Source of the DNA: Marsupella aquatica | Lineage: Eukaryota > Plantae > Marchantiophyta | Direction: 5' to 3' | Length of the DNA stretch: 64,000 bases | NCBI GenBank assembly: GCA_973895155.1 | Contig: OZ316896.1 | Location: 310,001 to 374,000, forward strand | Shown here: positions 24,133 through 35,600 of the stretch, piece by piece | Layout: the number at the start of each line of letters is the position of its first letter | Numbering within the stretch: the first letter of the stretch is position 1 | Notes under the pieces: generated by a model | Told to the model about the DNA's origin: nothing | Seen by the model: the letters and a program-made list of their open reading frames with translations, nothing else | Database searches by the model: none | Made by a program: the position numbers and the translations under genes

Positions 24133-27100
24133 TGTGATGCCTAGACAGGAATCACTCGGCCGGTTAAGTGGGTAAAGCAGGAAGGCACCCTAGGAACACC
24201 TTAGTATAGGGACAAAACAAGGAAAATATAAACAATTAGGGGCAACCATGGAACCCGGGCAGAGGCCGGAGGTAAGGCTGAGGGTGAAAACCCGATTAGG
24301 GTTAGGGCGCGTTAAGCGTCGGCGGCTAGGAAGGATCAACGGGAAGAAGGACCGGCAGAGGAGAGGGGTAAGGAGCGCTTGCAGGAGATGGTGGCTCATT
24401 TGCGAGCACGAACTAGGCAGACGACTACGGGAGGCCAACTACTGTCAGCTGCTTAGGCAAGCACTCGGGGAGAGAGTAGATACCGACGATCGACCTAAGG
24501 AGGGTATGAGCAACGTCAATCAAGCGGCACATTTCTGGGGATGCCTGTTCGAACGGGCAACTGAGTACATCAAGACTTACGAGGACGAGGAGTCAGAAAG
24601 GGCAGCTCGAGAACGGCAGGAGCTCGCTCGATTGTGGGAGCTGCAGAAGACGGCTTTCTTAGGAGGCAAACTCATCAAGGACGAGTTCCTGTGGACGCCT
24701 ACTTCCAATCAACTCGACGATCTTCTGTTTTGCAAAGACAGCGTCGTCGGCATCCGAGAGGCCATCAAGAACTGCAACGACATACATTGGGAATTAAAGG
24801 GTAGCACGGAAAGGTGGACCCAAGCAACGGTGCTAGGAGAAACCTCCACGGCAGCAGAGATGAAGAGGAAGGGGGCCGTCAACGATGAAGCCACCCCGGC
24901 AAAAAGAACGAGGTCGGCGGCACCAAAGAGGCCAGCCGAGCAGCAGAGCAGGAGGCAGGGAGAAGCCGAAGAGGAGGAGGTCGATCCCATCAAGGCCATT
25001 CCAACCAGGGATGACACCTGGAAGGGCTGGGCGGCAACCCTACCGGTGGAGGTGCAACTACATTTTGCACGGGAGGAGGATGCATGCTTTACGGCCATGC
25101 AGACCAAGAAGTACCAAGGCTTCATGGCCGGATCCGGCTTGGAGGCCTTTGTAAGATTACCATGGCTGAAGCCGGAGGTACCGGAGTCAGACCTATTAGA
25201 ATTCGTGGGGTCATGGGAACCCGAGACCAATTGCACGAGGATATATGGGAAGGATTTCTATCTTACTCCCAAGGTAATTGCCGAAGTGTTTGGCTTGCCG
25301 ATAGGCAATAAGACCAAAGTTGATACCAGGAAGACCCTCCCTGACAAGGAGTTCCGGTCGTTCCCCGGGCCATCAACGAAGAATGGCTTCTTCCGGAACA
25401 CCTGCACCAACCCGCACATAGGAGAGATGATCGACTTCTTGCGGGTGACCATGCATTGTAACTTGCCGAGGGCAGAGATCGGCAAGGCACAGGTCTATCT
25501 GGCAGAAAGGCCAGACCCAAGCCGGGACTACAACGGGTACCTCCTCAACCAATTGAAGAAGATCTTAAAGGAGGAGTAGCAGGTAATCGGCATGGGGAGC
25601 GTGTCGCGGCTTGGCTATCACATGCCGCTGTTGTGCCGGTATGCCAGAGGTCAGACTTTTGCCCCGGTACTTCCCCTGCAGGTAAGGGCACCCGAGGAAG
25701 CTCCAACGCCGAGGCCGTTGGCTGAGAAGCCTCAACCACCTGTTAGTCCTACGATCGAGCAGGTGTTTAGGCCCAGGAAGGAAGACTTGCCGATGCAGCA
25801 ACCAGGCATGCAGAGTCTGCTGAAACTACTGGAGAAAGAAAATAAATCGGCATCGGCAATAACAACGGCAACGGCAACAATGCAGGACACTACTACAGAG
25901 GTAGGCCTACACCGGCTCACAAGAGAAAACCCCTTTGCTGGAGACAAGGAGAGAATCAGGCCGGAATCCAAGCCAGGTGTTCGAATGTACGTGGGAACCT
26001 CAAGCTCCGAATCTGAGGCAGAATTGCCTGAAGCTCCTACCGACGAAGAGGAGAGGGAGAAGCCGGACGTCCAAGAGGTAGAGGAGGCAGTGGAGGACTG
26101 CAGCCATGATAATTCCGGCTATGGGTCGGACCATCACGTTCTAGGAGTAAGGACCTGTGGCCGGTTTGTCCCCACACTTCCAAGGGTAGTGCGAGGGGAC
26201 CCCAACCAGCAGAGTAGCCCTGAGTCTCCCCCACCAGATGTTGCTCCCCCGAGCTTCGACGGCATAAAACAGACGGTGCAGGAATTTCAGGAGCGAATCA
26301 AGCAGGAGGAAGAGGCCGCCCTGGCTAAGGAAAAGGATTTACCAAGAGGAGATTGGCCGGAGGACATCAGGCGGCTAGCCGAAAAAGGAAGCAAACCTCT
26401 AGCCACGATTGAAGAGATCCGCAGGACGGCTTGGGAGCAGAGGCCACGATGGGCGATGCCAATCACTTCTACTTACTCCACCTACGCTAAGAATAGAGCC
26501 ATGGAGTATGGTGAGATGTGTGGGGAACTTGCGCTCGGCATCTTTGGAGAGGAGTTGGAGGTAGGACCCTTTTTCCATAGGGAGCAGTTGGAGAAGCACC
26601 AATTAGAAGAAGCGGTGGCTTTAGAGAGAAGCAAGAAGGACGAGGTCATTCGGCGGCTTAGGAGGATGGAAGCCGAGATTGAAGATCTAAGGGCGGCCAA
26701 GAAAGCCCAAGATGAACTGCGGATTAAACGACATGAGCTGAACATCATGCAGGGGCAGTTGGACACCGCGCAGGCTGATAATCAGAATATCAAGGATAAA
26801 CTAACTCAGACGCAGGGAGAGTTGGCTGACACGATCAAAGAGAGGGAGAAGTGGAAGCAAGAGCTGAAGAATACAGAGGAGGCCCACATAACAGCCAACA
26901 GCCGGGCCATGGCGGAGACCCAAAGAAAGGAATGGGCGTTGAAAGGGGAGCTCGAGAAAATCCGCGGAGCCCTTGAGCAGAAGGAGGTCGAGTTAGGGAA
27001 ATCCTATCAAGGGATTATGGCGCTGCAGCAGGAGCTTGCGTCCCTGACGGCCAGCTTCAAGGCCGACCTAAGGGAGAAGGACGAGATGCTCGAACAGACT

Positions 27101-28792
27101 TACGCCAAGATGAACCAGATGGAGTCTGTCATCATTGCAGAGCTCGACAAGGAGCTAAGAGCAACCCAGGAGGAGAGGGCTACCTTGAAGAAGGAATTGG
27201 AGGAAGCCCACAGGGAGCAGGAGGAGGCCAAAAACGAGCTGGAGGGGGCACGTAAGGACCTGGATGAAACCCAAGAGGAGTTGGAGGAAATCACGAGGAA
27301 GATGGAGAACCTACAGCGGCGGGCCGACAACCAAATAGAGCGGCTGAAGAAACAAGCCGCAGTATTTAAATGCTTAGCTGCAGCAAGTCCATCTCCCGTT
27401 GGGACAAACCAGTTACCAGGGGTGGTAATTGCCGAAGGACAAGCCGCGCCAACTGCACCAGTGCCGGAAGTAAGTGGGAAGGGGAAGGGACCAGCTGCCG
27501 AGCCACCAACGAAGAAGAAGCGGAAACCTTCAGGGTCAAGGAGTAATACGACTTCACAGGCCGTGGTGATCAAGGAGGTAGACCCAGCACCGACCCCAGA
27601 CAGGGTCACGGCTAAGGATCCAACTACCCTAGGGGAAGGGGAGGCCGAAGCCGAGGGAGTGGCTGAAGCCGAAGCCGTGGGAGTGGCTGAGGCCGAAGCC
27701 GTGGGTATTGCCGAGGCCGGTGTCGAGGCTGAAGCCGAAGGTGGACCCAGTCAGGCCGATGGAGAGTTGACTCAGTCAAGGGCAGGTAATCTGTCAGAGA
27801 ATGAACCTACGGTAGTGGCTGAGGAGGAAGCGTTGGGGGCATCCATTAAGGATCCACCACCGGTGTCGTGACGGTGCAAGGGCGCCGTTCCTTTTAGGGA
27901 GGGCGAACGTGGAGGGAGGAGGCGTGAGTGGGCAGGGCGGGCGCGGATCTCCACGTTTAGGATTAGGATCAGAACCAGGAGCGGCCCTGACACTTAGCTT
28001 AGTGGGATTGCGGTCCCACTGGTAGGAGCAACACTTGTGCTCCTGCCTTGCTGTACATAGGTAGATTCGGGCAAGTAGATTACTGTTAAGTAGATTAGGC
28101 TTACGATGCAAAGAATGGCGGATCCACTACCAGGATAAGTACCTGGGCAGCGGGGAGCTCAGGGCCTCTTCTTTAGCAAGTTTTTAGTTTGCACCAGCCG
28201 GGCTGGGATCAAGTAGTACGAGAAGCTCTCGGTTAGTCATACAGTGACCCTTGTGTATATTCATGTTTCCTCATGCCTAAGAGCTGAATAGAGTTGGCCT
28301 CACGGCTTAGTTCGCAGAACTTGTGTATGAGATGTACTGTTTGTATGGCAAGTGCATGGTATGACTCAGTCAGAATGAGTCATTTTGCTATTTGTGTGTC
28401 GCATTAACTTGTGTGAAGAGTGCCCACATCAACAGAAGGAAGGAAAGTAAGCAGGGGAGTGAGAGTTGGATGTGTCGAGCTGAGAGAGGTCTTAGCGGCT
28501 TAACCAAGCCTATTGGGGATCATTCCGGCGGCGGAATCCAAACATACCTAACAAGACGGAGGGGAAGACAGGGGAAGACAGGGGAAGGCCTATATTAGGC
28601 CGGTTACGTATCTCATGACCCGATGAAGGATCTGTCCAGTATATGTGTGTAAAATGTTAATAGTAGTAGTAGAAGGTTAGCAGCGTCCCATGCCGCTAAG
28701 CCGCGGAAACGGCCTCGCCAAGCACGAAACCTGTGGGAATCGGCTTGAGCCGGGGGGTTTCTTGGGTTTAGGGAGCCATGGGACGCACCACA
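24133..28792 (+). mobile_element. Giant solo LTR, family A copy 4 (4,660 bp)
   Basis: TGTGATGC...GCACCACA termini; perfect 5-bp TSD CACTA (24128-24132, 28793-28797); no gag or pol inside. Confidence 0.95.
24248..27871 (+). CDS. LTR-encoded protein (~1,120-1,207 codons, one internal TAG at 25577-25579): PMD/plant-transposon-like domain, Pro/Glu linker, long coiled coil, KKKRK NLS-like motif, acidic tail
   Basis: ORFs 24248-25579 and 25592-27871 share one frame. The stop is a sense codon (EEQ) in copies 1 and 3. A conserved Met at 24506 is an alternative start. EFVGSWEPET..G..LTPKVIAEVFGLPIG resembles the PMD W.PET...G..T......GLP..G signature. Confidence 0.75.
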
Positions 28793-31499
28793 CACTATCT
28801 AATAGCAAGTAACAATTAAGAGTTACTTGTTTTATTAGACAAGTAACTTTAGTGAAATAAAACGGTTACAAAAACCGAATAAGCAGTTTGACAGTTGCAA
28901 CTGCTAATAGTTAGGAGAAGTTAAGAAAAACCTATCTGTATAGGGATATAGGGTAGGAGAGTAGGAGTGAGAAGGGTCTTTTGTTGTGAAAACTTTCAGG
29001 ATCAGGAAGCTATAGAGGTAGCCCAGGAAGAGGTAGTGTTGAATTGTTAGACCTGGAGGTGGAGAGATAGGAGTCCATGGAAGAACAACCATGTAAAGAA
29101 ATTGATGTGTTCATGGAATGAAAGATGCAATCAAGACATACTGGCAGAACTACAGGGAGTATTCAATTACATAGCTTGTATCTGTTGTATGTTGTATGTC
29201 AGTAGAATTAAAGTTAAGAAGTTAATTGTAAAGAAAAGATGGCTGGAAATATTGACATTTGACAATGGGAAATTCATTTGGATTTGGTTGGAACCTGTTA
29301 AAGGGAGAATAAGAATTGTATGGCATCTAAAAATTGATTTTGCAAACTCTTAAGAAAATCCCTGCAAGATTAGAATAAAGAGTAATTGATAAGAAATGTT
29401 GTAAAAGAGAGACCCAAAGTAGTGGAATATGGAATTAACTACCTTTGATTGGTCATTTAAATTTGAACGCATTCCATTTGGGCTACAGAATGCACCAAAT
29501 GAATGCAAACACATAATTGAAAGTTGGATAAAAATTATTGAAGAAGAAGACTTAGTAATTGATGAACCTACCACAATGGGTCTTGAGATCCTCTTTGAAG
29601 AAACATTAATTGAAGGGTAAATGGAATTTGACCTTCAATTCAGATGACAGTCGGGGTCTGCGGCTAAGGAAAGTTGGATCAATGTCTCGAGTAATTGCAC
29701 AAGTCGTCACTATCTAATTGTCGGAAAGGTTGGATAGCAAATGAAGAGTGCACAAGAAAGTACTATAGGAAGTCGTAATGGGATCAAGAACTGAATTTTG
29801 GATTTTGTTCTTATTTAGTGAGGACAGTGAACTGCTAGTGATAAGTAACTTGAGTGAAGCAAAATACAGAGCGTTGAGCAAAAGAGAGATGAAGATACAA
29901 GGAGGGGAAGTGATTATGCTGATTCATAACTCTTCCACTTATACAAAATTAACTGTTAAAGAATTACAGAAGGGAATTTGGAGACAAGTGAGACAAGCTA
30001 AATACAAGAAGGAGGCGGACGGAAACTAGTTTGCTTTGAGCTAGTAGGATGATGAGCAATTCAAGAAAAGGACTGTGTGTGTCCGTGAGACCACCCAACA
30101 AGAGTAAGGAATTGGAGAAGATTCTAGTTGTATGCTTATGGCAGAGGTTTGAATATCCAACGCCCGTGGCATTGCAAATTGGACGGGTGCTGAGGAGGCT
30201 ATAGAGGAAGTTGAGAGAGAACACAACAAACAAGGATGAGAGTCTGTTCTGGAGCAGAGACGAGGTGTTTGATTATAATATGCTAAAGGAGTTGATGTGG
30301 CTATGCGAGACACAGCTAATGTTACTTGAAGATTGCACCCCAATGTTGAGTGGATAAGGAAATGAGGTGATTAGTCAGAAAAGATAGCCTGGTTTAGCTG
30401 TTATTTTGTGAAGTCAGAACAGTGAGTCAGAATGTCAAATTTTGTGTTTGTAAGTCTGGAAGGGGCTCTGTCAAGCTAACGATGATATTTGTTAGCTAAG
30501 AATTATTTATATACGCAAAGTTGCAATGAGGTTTTCCACGATGGGACAAACTGAGCTCATGAAAAGCTTTCAACTGGAACTCTGGAGTACTCATTGTGAA
30601 CTATATATAATTATAAAGGATTCGAGGAGGAATTATTGACCACTCATGGTGGGAGTATTGGACAAATGGAATAGTGTGGCAACAACGCTATCCAAGAAAA
30701 GTATAGTTAGGTGCGCAACAACGAAAGTGAAGGGCGCGCGACTGGGCAGTAAAAGCGCCAATGATACCTTTGAGAAGGATGAAAATTCCAATTTTTAAAG
30801 GTACATTAGAGGAAGACGCTGACACACATTTGACCAGATTTGAAGAAATGCTTCAAGCTAATCACAAGCAAAATGATGTAACAAGATTGGAACTGTTTTC
30901 AAGTTCTTTGGATAAGGGTGCTTTTGTATGGTACACCCAATACCCACCTGGTCATTTTCAAGAATGGGAACATTTATCAAAAGCTTTCTTAGACCAGTAC
31001 CAGGTGGCTAAAGAAGAAACTGATCTGTATAGCATTTTATAAAATATGACGCAGCAAAAGACAGAATCAGTTCAAAGTTACATAGGATGATTAAAAGTTG
31101 TTATGCGCAGATTGACTCATCAACCATCCGATGCTCAACGGATTAGTTGGATGAGGAGAGCAGTTAAAGAAAATCTAGTAATTAATTGTGGTAAAAAAAA
31201 TCCCACTCAAGATGCTGATGAGTATGAGAGAAGGCTAAACCCTAAACTTATAAGTTGGAAAAGACGGTATTGGCTGATAAGGGAGCAATGGTACACTTAA
31301 ATATAAAAGGAACTTACAAAAAATAAGAATGTATTGTTAGATGGTGGTTCAGCAGTTAATTTAATGAGTGAAGACATATTTTGGAAAACTGCAAAAGTAA
31401 AGATAGTACCTGCACCTTTTAATCTATTAATGGCAGCTCAAAGTAGTTGCCACCCATTGGGTTATATACCAGAATGAGCTCAATACCTGTGCGTTGCAC

Positions 31500-31960
31500 A
31501 AAAGATGGATGTCGTGTCGGCCATGATGTTGTGTCTGTCAAGATGTCGATAAGAAAAAAGAAGTCGTTCTGCCCAAGATGTTGTTATGTGAAGATATTGA
31601 TAAGAAAAAAGATGTCGTGTAACCCAAGATATCGTTATGTGAAAGATGTCACCAAGAATTTTTTTTTGTTAAGAATAAAGAAGTTTTGTCACCAAAGACG
31701 TCGTTATGTGAAAGATATCATCAAGTAAAGAAATGTCATCGAGTAAAAAGATGTCATGGCGCCAAAGATGTCGTGGTGCCAAAGATGTAGTGAAGTAAAA
31801 CGATGTAAAGAAATAAAAAAAGTACCATGGCGCAAAAGATGTTGTATCATGTAAAATGTCGTGAAGTAGAAAGATGTCATGATGCCAAAGATGTTGTCAA
31901 GTAAAACAATGGTGTTATGTCAAAGATGGCGCAAAGTAAAAAGATGTTGAGGTGCCTAAG
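31500..31960 (+). repeat. Degenerate tandem array built on AAAGATGTC(G/A)T
   Basis: aaagatgtc/aaagatgtt recurs at roughly 10-22-bp spacing. Confidence 0.7.
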
Positions 31961-32665
31961 ATGTTAAAGGTTGGAGGTTTTGTTATTTTTGTCTCCTTAG
32001 AGTACTTGGAGTTTGGAGGGAGAGAGGAGCACACCAAAGAGGGCAGCACAACGGGGAGGGGGGAGGAGAGCGACACGTGGTTGCACCACTGTGCATTGAG
32101 GGCCAAGAGGAGAGGGTTGCGGGAAGAGAAGTGGAGGACAATTTTTCCAGATTTATTCCTTTCTTTTTACAGTTTTGGTACATTTTGAAACATCATGTTA
32201 AATTCAAATGATGGTCACGCCATTTTCTGGTGCAATAGTGTATTATATGTTTTGATAGAGATAACAAAAAGCAAAAGCAGTTAACATGAGACTTAATTTC
32301 TTCTAATTGCAAACATTTACAAAGGCTCTCATAATGGAAAGTGGAAATTTTGAGCTATGTTCATATCCTCCAATGCACACATAGATAGTCTTCTTGGACA
32401 TAAAATGCGGAAAAATAGGCCTTTACAATGGCCTTCAAATAAGATAATCTATCTCTTATCACTTTCCTAGCTTAAGCCCTTCATGAATTTACTTTTTACA
32501 ATTAATTTCAGGGCATTTATAAAAAAAATGCACATTCAAAATATGGATCGCCACATTTTTATTTCTCCTCTGCTTTTACTAAAGTGAGGAAAATGAAAAT
32601 ATTTTACTCTTCAGATGTGTTAACTTCTTATTACCTGATTATGAGCAATATTAACTCTCAAAACT

Positions 32666-35600
32666 TCCGCTCAGCCACACACATTTGAGTTTCATGCGAC
32701 GAAACTCCGAATGTGTCACCGACACTGAACGCTGGAAAACCCCCACAAAAAACCAAAAAAATAGGTTAGTGAGAGGGTTTTCTAACGTGGTTAGAACTCG
32801 CTGATCGGTATCCATGGTGCGAAGGAATCAAAGTTTGCGTCGTTCAGGTTTTATTCGTGTTTGACGGTTTTTTGGGGGAGAAACCAGAGTTTGCGTTTTT
32901 CAACGGTGTGAGCTGTGCGGTGCGGGAGGGATTGCACATTATAGCTCAAGTTGAAGGTTGAAGAGAGCTGATCGTTTTGATAGCTGAATTGTTGCCAAGT
33001 TGTTACCGAGTGCGACGTGACGAGTGAAGGAGGCGTTCAGGTTTTTTCACAAGCTATGGAGCTTGTTCCCATCTGAACCGGGTTTCTCTTCGTGACGTCC
33101 GACTCGGTGGAAGAAACGCGAAGTGCTACGGCTCAACGGTTTGATCAAGGCAAGGCACACGGCGGAAATTGGCACTTGACGCGGAGTAAAGGCGACACGG
33201 CGGAAATTGTTTACTCAACTGAAGCTGCAGACTGTGCGTGTGCAATTTGGCAACATTTCCCGTCGGCGGCGTTCACTTTACTCGTGAGAAACGACGGAAA
33301 TTAGGTGAGTTATTCATTCACTTTTTCCCGGGGGTGTTTTTTGGCCTTTTAAGGGGGTTTTAGGGCCCTTATTTTTGTGTATATACACACGAGGTGTATA
33401 CACATCTTGTACCAATACCCCTCGCATACCAAGTCCCCCCGCCCCCCGCACCCCATTTTTTCACGCGCGCGGCAACCCTGCGCAGCGCTGGCCGATGTGA
33501 AAGCAGCCGCCCGATTGCTGCTGCCTTTTTCCCCCTCCCCTTCGGCCGTGCCTTGCTCTCACGCCCCCATGCTCGCCCTTGGGCCGGCCCTGCGCCCCCG
33601 GTCGTCCCTTCTTGCCCTCCCGCCGGTGCCCCTCCTCGGCGCACGACGCAACATTAACCCCCCTGCCCCCGTCTCCTGTTGGCCCCTTTAGGCCCCTTTT
33701 TAAAGCCTCTTTTCATGTTTTTTCCCCGGTTCTTTTAAGTGGCTATCCCGGGACCAGTGACCCAACGTTTTAACTGCTTGGACAGGGGGAATGGCCCCCT
33801 GTGGGCCCTGTCAGACTGTGTGGGAATATTCCCAAAACACAAAGAGCTATTTTTTGGCCGTCCAACAAAAATTCTGCGCGTCGAACAGTCACTTTTTTGG
33901 TTTTTTTTTGGTGAGGTTGTAGCCATGGGATTTAGCAATGCGACGCACCAATCACATCATAATTTCAACTTGGTATTTTGGTTATTCCCTGCGGTGGTCA
34001 AAACGGGGGAGTTTCCCAAGGTTTTACCCACCCCGACCAAAATTTGAATAGCTTTTTCGTCAAATTTTGATTTTGATTTCGGCTTTTGGTATTGGACTCC
34101 TAGATTTGTGGGCTATGCGGCAGTGTTGAGTTTTGAGTTTTATGAGAAGTTTTGAAAAAAGACGTTTTTTTGTGATTGTTTCATATGAGTGACTCGGAGA
34201 ATACTAGAAGAATTGGCGTCGGAGGAGCTTCAGGATCGCGACAATCAGACGGTGAGTCTGAGGAGGAGCTACTACCATTTGAGGAGGAACTAGTTTCACC
34301 GGTACGATCATCGGTGCGGCATGCAGTGGAGGAAGTTGTTCTACTACCAGAGCTGTCGGCAGTGGGGAAGAAGAGGGAGATGGCTAGATTTGGAGGAGTG
34401 AATTTTGAGGTGGAGAAGTACAATGGCCGTACTGACTACTTGCTGTGGGAGAAGCAAGTGAAGGGTGTTCTTCGGGCCATGGGCTTAGCTCACTGCTCTC
34501 TTCGCGAGAGCAATATGATAGAGAGGAAGAGATCTCAAAGAAGCAGTGGAGACAGGAGCAGGTGATTGTTGTTAATGTAGTGATGCTTTATCTCAAGCCG
34601 CACATCATCAAGAAGTTGGATGATTATGCGGATTGTGTGTCACTGTTCAAGGCTCTAAGAGAGAAATACTACCGAGAAGATGCGTCAGATCGGCTATACA
34701 AGGAGTCTCTAGTGAGATACGGCGGTGAATATAGTTCCGGGGAATTTGAAACGTATTGTAAGGAGCAGGGGATTACCCGCCATCTCACAACAAGTTATAC
34801 TCCTCAGCAAAATGGTTTTTTTAAGAGACTCAACCAAACACTATTAGACCGCTCGAGGAGTATGTTGAGTCAATCATGCTTACCACATGAGTTTTGGGCT
34901 GAAGCTGTCAACACTGCAGCTTATTTGGTAAATTTTTCTCAATCCAATTCTATTGGATTCAAGATGCCATTTGAAATGAGGTACGGGCGTCCAGTAGATT
35001 ACTCACATATGAGGATTTTTGGATGTGATGCTTATGTACTTACACCTTCCCAGCTTCGATCCAAGCTGGAGTCCAAGTCAAAGAAGTGCATTTTCCTTGG
35101 CTATCAAAAAGGTGTGAAGGGTTATAGGTTATGAGATCCATTAACCTGTAAGCTAATTGTCAGTAGAGATGTGTCCTTTAATGAATCCAGATCATCAAAG
35201 GAGGGGGAGAGTTCTCAGGACTCCCATACTGACAAGGGGAAATCTCCCATCCCGGATCGGGTTGAGGAGGAAATTAGTCATGATGTTGTTCATGATAGGA
35301 GAGATGGAGAAACTCCGGGCTTGGAGTCGGTTCCTATGTTGGAACAAGAGGAGTAGATTGTTGCTGGGGTACCTCAAATTCAGCCAGCAGCAGCAGCAGA
35401 TCAGCCTGAGTCATCTACTAGAAGAACTTCCAATCATTCTACTAGAGCTCCTACTAGGTATGGTCAATGGACAGACTCATCTAAGCTAGATGATATTGAC
35501 ATTGCACCTGATGAAGATGATATGGCTTTGATCTTGGAAGAATGAGAGCCTTCTTCGTACAGTGAGGCTTGTGCTTCAAAGTAGAAGCATGAGTGGAATG

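Larger units (their letters stand above)
23330..31460 (+). mobile_element. AT-rich, heavily decayed Ty3/gypsy relic hosting the 24133-28792 solo LTR; RT fragment ~29429, gag 30761-31200, protease ~31330
   Basis: TGATAGGG start breaks the copia leader; FERIPFGLQNAP (RT); IPIFKGTLEEDADTHLTRFE..SLDKGAFVWY (retrotransposon gag); VLLDGGSAVNLMS (aspartic protease). Boundaries are approximate and it may be more than one element. Confidence 0.6.

Noticed and set aside
26580-27360. Host myosin/SMC/tropomyosin-like gene or env protein
   Set aside because: Multi-copy, intronless and inside TG..CA units; no signal peptide or transmembrane helix seen, so not env.
16789-28792. Copies 2 and 4 as inverted terminal repeats of one large element
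   Set aside because: Copy 4 has its own TSD and copy 2 has its own PBS and gag; they are independent insertions.
24128-28797. CACTA (En/Spm) DNA transposon suggested by the flanking CACTA
   Set aside because: CACTA is a direct repeat on both sides (a 5-bp TSD), not an inverted CACTA..TAGTG terminus; other copies have different flanks.
31500-31960. CRISPR-like array
   Set aside because: Eukaryotic context, degenerate short units, no unique regular spacers, no cas genes.
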